A DNA stretch of 44,078 bases from Promethearchaeota archaeon (GTDB lineage Archaea; Asgardarchaeota; Lokiarchaeia; Sigyniarchaeales; SOKP01). Below the pieces are notes generated by a model. It searched no databases. It was not told the DNA's origin and saw only the letters and a list, made by a program, of their open reading frames with translations. Both the position numbers and the translations under genes were made by a program. The number at the start of each line of letters is the position of its first letter. Within the stretch, counting starts at the first letter, position 1. The stretch covers positions 1 through 44,078 of the forward strand of contig JALGVJ010000052.1 in assembly GCA_029838195.1 (NCBI GenBank). Reading direction: 5' to 3'. Positions 10,361 to 20,111 of this stretch are shown piece after piece.

Positions 10361-11618
10361 TATAAAAATATTTCAATTTAATATATTTTAGCACTTTCAA
10401 TTTATTTAACTTTTCATGATATATAATAATCAAGGAAAATAATGAAAGTAAAAGTAAAAAAATCCAACGAAGATTTACCAGTAATCCCATTAAAGAGTCT
10501 TCCGAAAATGGCAAATATTTAAAAATTGTAAAATGTGGAAACATCATGTAAATCCCAAATAGCGATAAAATTCCAATAAAAAAAAATAATTTTTTAAATA
10601 AATTTTCTTTTTCCGAATTTCTTATAAGAAATCCTGGTAAAAATAATAGATATGATAATGGAATAATAACGGTAAATGCTTTATGTGCCCAAGCTCCATA
10701 GAAAAGATAACCATAAGAAAAAATTGCGAGTTTATACTCAATTGAGAAATTTTTAGATAAAATTAAAATTATGGTTGTAATGCTTAGCATAATAACTGAA
10801 ATGGCAAAATAAATTGAATTATTTTCTACATATAACCATTCTTTAGTATAGCAAAATGGGATGGTAGATGGTCTCTGAGTAGAATTATTTCTTTCGTAAC
10901 TATTTAAAAAATCATAAATGTAATGAGGATGGACGAGAAACATGAAATTCTGTAGTAAAAAAGCTAAACTTGCCAAACCATATAGTTTAAAACTGTTTAT
11001 ATTTAATAATTCTTTCAAGGGAATGGAATAGAAGAGATATATAAAAATGATGAAAACGATTTGGGGGATATTTGCGATCGCTAACCATAAACAATTAAAA
11101 TTAATAAAATAAAACTTTAGAGACTTAAATTTTTCATCAAGGGAATATTCAATTTCTCTCCGTAAAACTAATAAAATTAATAGAGAAGATACGAATTTAA
11201 AATTATTATGATAAAAATTGGCGAATACTACATATCCATTAGAAATTAAAAGTAAAAATGTTGTTCTATGAAAGTTATTTTTAATACCTTTTAAGTAGAG
11301 AATTTTATCATATTCCCATACGTTTAAGATTAACATCAAGACATTTATTCCGAAATAAAGATATTTTGCCGTTATCAGAGGCAAAAGAGAAAATGGAATT
11401 AATAAGAAAGTTGCAAAACTAGGTAAATAATAATATCTTATAGTATATAATCTAGAAGGTTCATGTAATAATAAATAACCTGCGAGATGACGATCATCGA
11501 AATCAACACCAGGAATGTTAAAATTATATTTTAGTAATAAAAATAACGCCCAGAATAATACACACGAGAAGGAACTAATAAAATGAAAATGGTTTTTAAT
11601 ATATTTAATAATTATCAT
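10341..11618 (-). CDS. Polytopic membrane protein, GT87/DUF2029-like GT-C glycosyltransferase
   Basis: About 10 hydrophobic segments; DF then YYYLPSFA..L.PF after the first TM helix, as in GT87. Overlaps the GT4 gene. Confidence 0.6.
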   Translation of the reverse strand: MIIIKYIKNHFHFISSFSCVLFWALFLLLKYNFNIPGVDFDDRHLAGYLLLHEPSRLYTIRYYYLPSFATFLLIPFSLLPLITAKYLYFGINVLMLILNVWEYDKILYLKGIKNNFHRTTFLLLISNGYVVFANFYHNNFKFVSSLLILLVLRREIEYSLDEKFKSLKFYFINFNCLWLAIANIPQIVFIIFIYLFYSIPLKELLNINSFKLYGLASLAFLLQNFMFLVHPHYIYDFLNSYERNNSTQRPSTIPFCYTKEWLYVENNSIYFAISVIMLSITTIILILSKNFSIEYKLAIFSYGYLFYGAWAHKAFTVIIPLSYLLFLPGFLIRNSEKENLFKKLFFFIGILSLFGIYMMFPHFTIFKYLPFSEDSLMGLLVNLRWIFLLLLSLFSLIIIYHEKLNKLKVLKYIKLKYFYSAPSHE

Positions 11619-12097
11619 AATTTATCATTTTTTTTTAATTTCATTAAGGGAATGTTAATATTATCATCATTTTCTAATCTTTTATAAATTCATCTTTATT
11701 TCTAAAGTTTTTCAAAAGATATATTTAAATTATTGAAAAAATCATGATCTTAGACATAACAAGCCTTAGTAGAATAATTCCTAATTTTATTTTTTTATTA
11801 ATATTTTTATTTACTTATTAAAGAATGAGGTTATTTTTCTTATATTGATGATGAGTTACATCAAAAAAGGTAAAGAAAAAGCGAATTTAATTTTATCGCA
11901 AGAATGATCATTCTACATGATAAGAATCTCATTAAATTTTTGTCATTAAAAGCATGGCTAAAAGAAGTAATTTGAAAGTGAATGGAATAATGTAATGTTT
12001 TAAATATAATCCTCCTAAACCAGAAATTTATTTATTAAAATCAAATAAAATAATTAATAAATAACTTAAAAATTAATCTACGATTCATAAAATTAAC

Positions 12098-13249
12098 ATG
12101 AACGAACTCATTCCAATTGAACAGGTAATTGAACGGAATCCTCGAGTAGAAGAGCTGGAATTACAAGGATTTATCATTAAACCGGATAAAATAGATGAAT
12201 ATTTAAAAGATTTCAAGAACAAGACATCAGCTTTACCAAAAAAAGAATTTTGGCAAGAAAAAAGAGTGTTAATTACAGGTATTAGTGGATTTGCCGGGAG
12301 TCACTTGGCGGAACAATTATTAGATTTAGGTTGTGAGGTTCATGGTACCATTCGACGGCATGCAGTGCCCATGCATGAAAATATTGAACATTTAAGAGGC
12401 AAGATTCATCTCCATGAGGCAGATATTACTAGTGCTGAAAGGATCTTGAAAGTATTTGAAAAAGTGGAGCCGCATGCGGTTTTTCATTTAGCAGCAGAAT
12501 CATTCGTGCCTACATCCTTTCGCGAACCAGCTCGAGTAGCATATAATAACATCATCGGGACGATTAAAATCTTTGAAGCGGCGAGAAGATCGGACAACAC
12601 CTTGGAAAGCATTCAAGTAGCGTGCAGTAGTGAGCAATATGGTTTAGTTAATCCACAAGAAGTACCCGTGAGCGAAGATTTAAAAAAAAATCCTTTTCGT
12701 CCCAGAAGTATTTATGGCACGACTAAAGTAGCAACGGAACAAATTGCGTGGCTATATCACAATTCATATGGTGTACCCAGTATTATTACCCGTGGATTTA
12801 ATCATGAAGGCCCGAGAAGAGGAATTCAATTTGTAACGAGTGTTGTACATAGGCAAATTGTTGAAATTTTAAAAGGGAAGAGGGATAAGATCGTTATTGG
12901 TAATCCTAATGCGATACGTGATTTTACTCACGTAAAGGATACTGTCAATGCTTACATTTTGGTTAGTGAAACCAAGAAATTTGGTGATCCTTATAATGTT
13001 TGTTCAGGAAAAGGTATTTCAATCGCAGATTATGTAGAATTAGCAAAACGATTACATGATATTTCTGTTAAGGTTTACGTGGACCCAAAAAGGTTGCGTC
13101 CTAGTGAAGTTCCATTGCTAATAGGAAAAAATGAAAAAATAATAAAAGATACCGGATGGCATCCAACGAGAACAATCTTAGATATCATTCGAGAAGGCGT
13201 TCAATATTTTCAAGAACATCCTGAACAATTAGGTATAGAAGCCCATTAA
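12098..13249 (+). CDS. gmd: GDP-mannose 4,6-dehydratase (extended SDR; Rmd-like not excluded)
   Basis: GISGFAG, HLAAESFV, SSEQYG, YGTTK, FNHEGPRR and RLRPSEV, plus an N-terminal extension of about 50 aa. Confidence 0.8.
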   Translation: MNELIPIEQVIERNPRVEELELQGFIIKPDKIDEYLKDFKNKTSALPKKEFWQEKRVLITGISGFAGSHLAEQLLDLGCEVHGTIRRHAVPMHENIEHLRGKIHLHEADITSAERILKVFEKVEPHAVFHLAAESFVPTSFREPARVAYNNIIGTIKIFEAARRSDNTLESIQVACSSEQYGLVNPQEVPVSEDLKKNPFRPRSIYGTTKVATEQIAWLYHNSYGVPSIITRGFNHEGPRRGIQFVTSVVHRQIVEILKGKRDKIVIGNPNAIRDFTHVKDTVNAYILVSETKKFGDPYNVCSGKGISIADYVELAKRLHDISVKVYVDPKRLRPSEVPLLIGKNEKIIKDTGWHPTRTILDIIREGVQYFQEHPEQLGIEAH

Positions 13250-13274
13250 AAATAGAAATAAAGAAAGAGAGAGT

Positions 13275-14003
13275 TTACAAGTTCAATACTTTTTTTTGAA
13301 TATCTATTAATTCTAAAATTCCTTTTTCTGCTAAATTAATTACTTGATTTAATTGATCCTTGCTAAAGACAGCACGCTCAGCGGTTCCTTGAATTTCGAT
13401 TAAATTTAAGTTTTCATTCATGACAACATTGATATCCACATCCACGCTTGAATCTTCTTCATAGTCTAAATCTAAAAGAATTTGATCATCTTTTATTCCT
13501 AAAGAAACAGCTGCCGTAACAACATAATCAGGAAAAGAGCTTATGCGATGTTCATTGTAAAGATAATTGATGGCATCAAAAACGGCAACAAAAGCACCCG
13601 TGATGGAAGCACATCGGGTACCCCCGTCAGCTTGAATAACATCACAATCTATTTTTATTGTATGCTCTTCTAATTTCTCGTATTCAAAGGCAGCTCTCAT
13701 GCTTCGCCCAATAAGGCGTTGAATTTCCATTGTTCGCCCTTTAATCTTACTTCTTTCCCTTTCTCTCGTATTTCGTGTTTGAGTTGCCCTGGGGATCATA
13801 TTATATTCAGCAGTTATCCATCCCATTCCTGTATCTTCTAAAAATTTTGGCACGTTATTTAATACGGAAGCCGTCACGATTATTTTTGTATTTCCTTGTG
13901 TAATTAATACAGATCCTTCAGGATATTTTAAATAGTTTCGCTGAATCGTTGTTTTCCTAATTTCATTATATTTTCTATTGTTTGCTCTAATTATACTGCG
14001 CAT
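13275..14003 (-). CDS. rph: Ribonuclease PH, bacterial type
   Basis: GWITAEYNMIPRAT, GRTMEIQRLIGR, DCDVIQADGGTRCASITGA, LDLDYEEDS and EIQGTAE. Confidence 0.93.
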   Translation of the reverse strand: MRSIIRANNRKYNEIRKTTIQRNYLKYPEGSVLITQGNTKIIVTASVLNNVPKFLEDTGMGWITAEYNMIPRATQTRNTRERERSKIKGRTMEIQRLIGRSMRAAFEYEKLEEHTIKIDCDVIQADGGTRCASITGAFVAVFDAINYLYNEHRISSFPDYVVTAAVSLGIKDDQILLDLDYEEDSSVDVDINVVMNENLNLIEIQGTAERAVFSKDQLNQVINLAEKGILELIDIQKKVLNL

Positions 14004-14253
14004 ATTTTTTATACCATATTAATAAAAAATTCAATGATTTTTATCTATGTAATAACGTAATTTAGTTTTAAATTTATTTTAAAAAACAATTTTGCATTCT
14101 TAATCTTATTTTATAAGTTAACAAGTAAAAGTTTTATCAAGCTCTTCTTGTAAAAATATAATTAAATTATCTAAATAATTTTTTAAAATTTCTCCTAATT
14201 TTTTTTACCTTAGAGTTACTGGAATAAAACTTCATGTGTAAAGCTCTCTCTTT

Positions 14254-15333
14254 TTATTTATGAGGATATGAGCCTAAAATTTTATACCATATAACATTAT
14301 TTTCCATCTCTTTCAAAACTGCTTTAATTTTTTCACTTTCTCTTGAGCCTTCAAAATCCATTAAGAAAATATATTCCCATTTTCCTTTTCTTCTTGGTCT
14401 TGATTCAATTTTAAGTAAATTTATGTTAGCTTCTGCAAATAATTTAATAACACGAAATAAAGCTCCCGGCACGTGCTTTGTCACGAAAACAATGGATGTT
14501 TTAAATTTATCTCCCATGAGCCTTGATTCATTTTTTGATATGATTAAAAATCGCGTGTAATTCGAAGGTTCATCTTCAATATTGGAAGCTAAAATTTTCA
14601 TGTCATATAATTGACTTGCTATCTGAGGACCTATGGCGGCATTAGAACAATCATCCAATTCTTTAACTTTTTGAACAGCTTCAGCTGTAGAATTTACATT
14701 AATTAATTGAGCATTGGGAAAATTAGCTTTTAACCATGAATTTGTCTGAGCGAACGCTTGGGGATGGGAATAAATCGTTTGAATATCGGCTAAATTAGTT
14801 TCTTTTAGAGAAATTAGATTTTGAATTATTCGAAGCTCTATTTCTCCATAAATCAAAAGTTCTTTTTGAATCAGTAAATCTAACGTTTCCCGAACAGTTC
14901 CGTGTAAGCTATTTTCAATGGGAACTACTCCATGGCTTAAAACATTCTTTTCAATATTTTCAAAAATTTCTGAAATCGTTTTAAATGAGAAAAATTCCGT
15001 ATTAGTCATGGGGAAAAAATCTAAGGCTGCTTGGTGAGAAAAAGTACCTTTTGGTCCTAAGAATCCTACTTTATTTTTCATTTCTTGAACTGCTTTACAC
15101 GCCCCCATGATTTCTTTCCAAATTGCCTCAACTTGGGAATCATTTATCCATTTGGATTTACGTTTTAAGCGATCTAAGATTTCAACTTCTCGAGAAGGTT
15201 GAAAAATTTCCAATTTTAATGCGTTTTTAATTTTCCCGATTTCTTTAGCTAATAAAACTCTTTTTTCAATTAAATTTAAAATTCGATCATCAATTTGATT
15301 GATTTCTTCTCTTAATTTTTCAATATCTTTCAT
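14254..15333 (-). CDS. pheA: Bifunctional chorismate mutase/prephenate dehydratase (P-protein)
   Basis: AroQ domain LREEINQID; PDT motifs FLGPKGTFS, VPIENS, SHPQAFAQ and NYTRF; ACT domain PGAL...IESRP. Confidence 0.95.
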   Translation of the reverse strand: MKDIEKLREEINQIDDRILNLIEKRVLLAKEIGKIKNALKLEIFQPSREVEILDRLKRKSKWINDSQVEAIWKEIMGACKAVQEMKNKVGFLGPKGTFSHQAALDFFPMTNTEFFSFKTISEIFENIEKNVLSHGVVPIENSLHGTVRETLDLLIQKELLIYGEIELRIIQNLISLKETNLADIQTIYSHPQAFAQTNSWLKANFPNAQLINVNSTAEAVQKVKELDDCSNAAIGPQIASQLYDMKILASNIEDEPSNYTRFLIISKNESRLMGDKFKTSIVFVTKHVPGALFRVIKLFAEANINLLKIESRPRRKGKWEYIFLMDFEGSRESEKIKAVLKEMENNVIWYKILGSYPHK

Positions 15334-15357
15334 GATACTTAATTTTCAATCATGTTT

Positions 15358-17046
15358 TTACGTGAATTTATTTAAAAATTTTTCAAGTTCAATCTCAAAC
15401 GCTACTACCGGAAATTCTAGTTTAAAATTTAAAAGGATTTCGGGATGTATTTCACCTAATTCTCCAATTTCTTCTCCATTTACTTTAATTTTACCAATTC
15501 GTCCGGAGATGTATGTAGGATTTTCCCCCGCAATAATATCATAGTGATTGTGATACCCTAAAGAAGTCAAGAGGAAATCGACGGTAGATCTTATTTCAGT
15601 ATAATCTGCATCCTCATGATAAGAAACTGCTGATAAATGAAGTTTTCGACTTGTTCCGGTCTCTTCTTTTGGTTCTAATTCAATAACATCTCCTACTTCA
15701 AAGATCCGAATAGGTTTTTCTTCAGAACGATTATATTGTAAGGTTTCCATTAGTTTTGGTAAGATTTTGGTACGTACCGTATCAAATTCTCTTGAAATAG
15801 GATTTTCTATTTGAATTACATTTTCTGGTTTATACTCTTGCTTCATGAATTCATAATGACGTTGGGAATTAGACAAAATGAAATTCATTACTTCTAGATA
15901 ACCAGCACCAATCATTATTGTTCTTATCTTGTTAGAAAGTCTTTGAGCAAGATGATATTCTCCTATACAACCTTCTCTAATTGTTGTTGGTAAATTGAAA
16001 TATCCATATCCAATAGCACATTCTTCCGTGAAGTCCACTGGATGCATGATATCGCCTCTATATGCGGGAACTAATATTTCGATGTATCCCCTTTTTTTAG
16101 ACCTTTTTGCTTCCATTCTTACTTTTTTAAAGCACTTGATCATTTTGCTTGTTGATAGTTTGATACCAATATAATCGTTAATATAATTTTCTTTTACCTC
16201 CCATTTTTTAGGAGTGAGATCGGGAGTTATTATTTTTTCTCCATCTTCATAATTTACATTTACAGCTTCGATCTTTGCGCCCATATCCGCTAAGGTGGTA
16301 GATAATATGTTTAAGGCCAAATTTATTGCTTTAAAATCGGTACCCGTGATATCTATAAATAGATTTTTTGTATCATCCGTTACCGTGGTCAATTCTCCGT
16401 TTATTATGGGAGGAAAAGATAATACTTCCTTATTTTTATCAAAAATGATAGGATATACTTCTTTTCCTTGAAGGATGTGAGCGTATTCAATACCTTTTTC
16501 ATGCAATAAGAGAATTTCTTCCAAGTTCATGGGATATCCATCTCCGTGTAAAGGAATAAAACTAACAGACTCTGGTTTCACCGCAGTATATCTAAAAGGG
16601 GGGGTTACTTTATCGAAATCATGTACTCCAATGGCCACTTTTTTACGATCCCTTCCTACGGCCCAATGTAGTTGTTCTTGTATGTTCATTAAGGTAGCAA
16701 CCTCCTCCTCATCCAAATCAATGTCTCTAATAATACCACAAACAATAAATGGTCTAACCTTCTCAATAATTTTCTCTGCTGTAAGGATTATTTTTGGAGG
16801 AGCAATTTCATAATTGGGAAGCCCCATTTCTATTTCATAATAGCCCTTGAGAGCTCGGGCAATGCCTTCCGGACTTGAAAAATCGGGTCTATTGGGATTG
16901 TATTCTACCTTAATTGATTGCTCTTCTTCGTCAATATCTTCTAAATCCAAACTGATCCATTGAAGATCATATTCTAAATCTTTAATTTCTAACTTTTTCC
17001 CGACCAATTTTTCTAATCTTTGAATTTTAAGGTCAATTGTAGGCAT
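15358..17046 (-). CDS. pheT: Phenylalanyl-tRNA synthetase beta subunit (archaeal type)
   Basis: MPTI start, NRPD..SPEGIARAL, RKKVAIGVHD, LSFPPIIN and GEIHPE. Confidence 0.97.
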   Translation of the reverse strand: MPTIDLKIQRLEKLVGKKLEIKDLEYDLQWISLDLEDIDEEEQSIKVEYNPNRPDFSSPEGIARALKGYYEIEMGLPNYEIAPPKIILTAEKIIEKVRPFIVCGIIRDIDLDEEEVATLMNIQEQLHWAVGRDRKKVAIGVHDFDKVTPPFRYTAVKPESVSFIPLHGDGYPMNLEEILLLHEKGIEYAHILQGKEVYPIIFDKNKEVLSFPPIINGELTTVTDDTKNLFIDITGTDFKAINLALNILSTTLADMGAKIEAVNVNYEDGEKIITPDLTPKKWEVKENYINDYIGIKLSTSKMIKCFKKVRMEAKRSKKRGYIEILVPAYRGDIMHPVDFTEECAIGYGYFNLPTTIREGCIGEYHLAQRLSNKIRTIMIGAGYLEVMNFILSNSQRHYEFMKQEYKPENVIQIENPISREFDTVRTKILPKLMETLQYNRSEEKPIRIFEVGDVIELEPKEETGTSRKLHLSAVSYHEDADYTEIRSTVDFLLTSLGYHNHYDIIAGENPTYISGRIGKIKVNGEEIGELGEIHPEILLNFKLEFPVVAFEIELEKFLNKFT

Positions 17047-17069
17047 GATTAATTAATTCCTCACGTGTA

Positions 17070-18602
17070 TTAATACGATTGAGTCCTCAACCATTTAATT
17101 GGATTAATATACAAATCTCGGATATCCGACCTCTGATAACGTAGCATTGCTAATCTTTCAAGGCCAAGACCCCAAGCAAGAACGCGAGTAGGGTTTCGTA
17201 TTCCCCATGGATATGTTACTTCAGGTCGAAAGATGCCCGATCCGCCCATTTCCAGCCATTCTCCTAATTTATCGTAATAGACGGCAATTTCCATACTCGG
17301 TTCTGTATAAGGAAAAAATCCTGGGCGAGTAATTATTTTTTCAAACCCCATTTTTCTATAGAATTCAGATAAAATCCCTCTCAAATCGCATAATGTAACA
17401 TTTTCATCAATGACGATACCTTCAATTTGGGTGAATTCCGCTAAGTGTGATTTGTCAACTTTTTCATTTCGAAACACTCTATCAATGGAAAATACTTTTA
17501 TGGGGGTTTTATCATTATTCATGTAATATTGGGCCAACCTTCTTATAGTAGTTGCCGTAGTATGAGTTCTTAATAATGTTTTTTGGGCAATCTCATATTT
17601 CCAATCATACCCCCAGCCTATCGACCCACAATCTCCTCCATTCTCATGGGTTCGCTTCACTGCTTCCACGCGATCTTTTTGAGGTAATTTGGCTATTTTA
17701 GGATTTTTTAAATAAAAAGTATCGTGTAATTCTCTGGCAGGATGATCTTGTGGTTGAAATAACGCATCAAAATTGAAAAAGGCACTTTCAACTAGGGGGC
17801 CTCTTATCTCCGTAAATCCCATGGAAATGAAAATTTCTCTAATTTCATTAATAATGGTAATTAAGGGATGTATTTTTCCTCCTTTTAACAAGGGGCCGGG
17901 TATTGAAACGTCAAAAGGTTTTAATTCCATGTTTTTCCATGACCCCGTTAAAATCATTTCCGAAGTAATCTTGCTTACCTGTTGCAATGTTCCTATTTCT
18001 GAAAGAGAAATGGTTTTTCCTTTTTTAGTAAGATAAATTTCACGCTGGGTCTTTTTTATTTTTTTTAATAATTTTCTCTTATTTAAAATTTCTAAATATT
18101 TCAAATCCTTTTTTGATAAAGTATCAATGTTGAGTACCGGCCTTTTTTTAAATTTATTCAAAAATTGTTCTAATTCAGTCGGAGGAAATTCTTCTTGGAT
18201 TAAAAAAATTTTATTTTTGCCGGACGCCTTGCTTTGGGCTATCCAGCGATTTTTCTTCATGTTAGAGAGACCTACATAAAAAATATTTGGTTCTAATCGT
18301 GATTTTTGTAGTAACTCATCTATAGTGATTTCCTTGAGATTTTCATTTAATAACAGATTTAATAATTGACGCTCCGGTAAACCTTTTTCTAAATAAGATA
18401 ATCCTTCCTCATTAAGGCTAACTTGATGGATCTCGCGTTCTTTAAATCCTCCTAACTTATAGGCAATTAAATCATTAACAGCGGACATTAACACTATATA
18501 ATCAATGTTCAATTCATTGGCTAATTCGGAAGCGATACAATTATCCTTCTTTTCTTGAAGTACCTTTAAAATGTCTTTTACTTGTTTTTTAAGTTTAATC
18601 AT
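17070..18602 (-). CDS. pheS: Phenylalanyl-tRNA synthetase alpha subunit (archaeal/eukaryal type)
   Basis: NFDALFQPQDHPARELHDTF, LRTHTT, RVFRNE, FFPYTEPS and AWGLGLERLAM, with a long N-terminal extension. Confidence 0.97.
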   Translation of the reverse strand: MIKLKKQVKDILKVLQEKKDNCIASELANELNIDYIVLMSAVNDLIAYKLGGFKEREIHQVSLNEEGLSYLEKGLPERQLLNLLLNENLKEITIDELLQKSRLEPNIFYVGLSNMKKNRWIAQSKASGKNKIFLIQEEFPPTELEQFLNKFKKRPVLNIDTLSKKDLKYLEILNKRKLLKKIKKTQREIYLTKKGKTISLSEIGTLQQVSKITSEMILTGSWKNMELKPFDVSIPGPLLKGGKIHPLITIINEIREIFISMGFTEIRGPLVESAFFNFDALFQPQDHPARELHDTFYLKNPKIAKLPQKDRVEAVKRTHENGGDCGSIGWGYDWKYEIAQKTLLRTHTTATTIRRLAQYYMNNDKTPIKVFSIDRVFRNEKVDKSHLAEFTQIEGIVIDENVTLCDLRGILSEFYRKMGFEKIITRPGFFPYTEPSMEIAVYYDKLGEWLEMGGSGIFRPEVTYPWGIRNPTRVLAWGLGLERLAMLRYQRSDIRDLYINPIKWLRTQSY

Positions 18603-18778
18603 GATGTTCCAAATCTAATGATCATGTAAAATTCACTTTATACTTTTTTAAATGATGCAAAAATTTAAATCTTTTCGTTAAAATCTCGAAAAACCGCAAC
18701 GAAAAATATTCTAAATTGATTTAACATGTTCAAAAATTCAAAATATCTTACATGATTTTCATGTTATTAGAATCTAAT

Positions 18779-18849
18779 AAAAAACCCGCAGCCAAGGGAA
18801 TAAATTCTAAAGAGAAATGAGGGTTTATTCCCTTGGCAGATTAAACCCT
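18779..18849 (-). promoter_or_regulatory. Putative attenuator: competing hairpins and U-tract in the pheS leader
   Basis: Perfect 14-bp inverted repeat GCCAAGGGAATAAA (18791-18804)/TTTATTCCCTTGGC (18824-18837). Overlapping alternative 8-bp stem at 18820-18827/18842-18849. T6 run on the minus strand at 18779-18784. Confidence 0.6.
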
Positions 18850-18887
18850 TTAAAAAACTTATTATCGAGAAAAATGAAGGAGCACAT
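18825..18887 (-). CDS. Putative Phe-rich leader peptide (PheM-like), 20 aa MCSFIFLDNKFFKGFNLPRE
   Basis: Read manually. 5 of 20 codons are Phe, including tandem TTT TTT. GGTGA lies just upstream, the stop codon falls inside the 5' arm of the 14-bp stem, and the ORF is co-oriented with pheS. Confidence 0.6.
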   Translation of the reverse strand: MCSFIFLDNKFFKGFNLPRE

Positions 18888-18976
18888 GGTCACCACTTTA
18901 GTCTCATCCACGTAAGCTATCAAATGTAAGGTATGTATTAATTATAAAATCTTAAATAAAAGATTTTTAAAAAATT

Positions 18977-19420
18977 TTATTTAAGTAAAGCTTCTCGAAT
19001 TGAAGTGGAACTAATTTGTTGACTAAATTCATTTTTTATCATGGGAATTACAACAAGAATTAATGGTTTATATCCCTTTTTTTCCCTTATTTCGTTTATT
19101 TTGAGCCCATTAGGATATGTTTCTTGACTTACCACGAGAGCTTCGAATTCTTCTTGATGAATGGGAGGTCCATAAGGATCATGTAATTCTACGATCTCTA
19201 CTTTCTCTAATGCAGAAAGAGAGCTAATATAATCTCTTAAATTTTTCTCCCGAATCGCGTAATCTTCTAATATTTCAACATGTTTTTTATTTTTCAATAA
19301 CTTTTCCGTGGTTAAACCGATTATCAATTTTTTAGAAATAGAAAGAGCAACTTTAATCAAAAACTTATGCCCTTCATGTAAATGGTCAAAGGTCCCTCCA
19401 CATCCCGTTAAATTAAACAT
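18977..19420 (-). CDS. coaD: Phosphopantetheine adenylyltransferase (archaeal/eukaryal type)
   Basis: GGTFDHLHEGH, DPYGP, LVVSQET, INEIR and ISSTSIR. Confidence 0.93.
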   Translation of the reverse strand: MFNLTGCGGTFDHLHEGHKFLIKVALSISKKLIIGLTTEKLLKNKKHVEILEDYAIREKNLRDYISSLSALEKVEIVELHDPYGPPIHQEEFEALVVSQETYPNGLKINEIREKKGYKPLILVVIPMIKNEFSQQISSTSIREALLK

Positions 19421-19432
19421 CGTTTGAGATTT

Positions 19433-19873
19433 TTATTTTTTTGAACCATTTTCTTTTTTCTTTGGGGACTCTTTCTTTTCTTCAATTTTTACATTTTTTT
19501 TAAGTTTTACGGAATAGATTTGCTTGATCTGTAAAGGCTTGTGGCATTTTTCGCAATTATCTTCTGTTTTTTTAAATACAAAATCTCCTGCTTGAAAATT
19601 TCTTACTTTAGTAATTCCACAGATGTTGCATGTCAAAATAGTCAACGTTTGCCTTAAAGGCTCTTGCATTCTTTTTGGTAATTGCAAGATCGTAGTTCCA
19701 ATGCAAATTAAAGTAAAACCTACCATGAAATTTGTCATTTGATCAGGAAAAATTCCCAAATAGATAAATAATGCTCCAATGATTATTAGAATAATTATCA
19801 CAATATTTTTCAGCACGCTCTTGAAGGAAATCTTTTTTTTTAAAATTTCCTCCTCATCTTCTTCATCTATCAT
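19433..19873 (-). CDS. Two-TM membrane protein with C-terminal zinc ribbon
   Basis: Two hydrophobic helices followed by CNICG..RNFQAGDFVFK..CEKC..IKQIY. Confidence 0.75.
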   Translation of the reverse strand: MIDEEDEEEILKKKISFKSVLKNIVIIILIIIGALFIYLGIFPDQMTNFMVGFTLICIGTTILQLPKRMQEPLRQTLTILTCNICGITKVRNFQAGDFVFKKTEDNCEKCHKPLQIKQIYSVKLKKNVKIEEKKESPKKKENGSKK

Positions 19874-20111
19874 GAATACATGACTTATCTTTATAAAATT
19901 TAGCTATAATTAACAAATGAAAAAGAACATAAAAAATTTTTTTATTTTAAAAAATTACCTCAATGCTTTTAACAAAATTAGAAAATGCATGGAAATTCAT
20001 TCTCAATTTAAAGAAAAAATATATTAATCGGAATTTTTTACATCTAAAAAAGGTTAACTCCAAGAATTTTATCATCGTGTAAAAATTTTAAGTGGCTAAT
20101 ACGTGAACATT

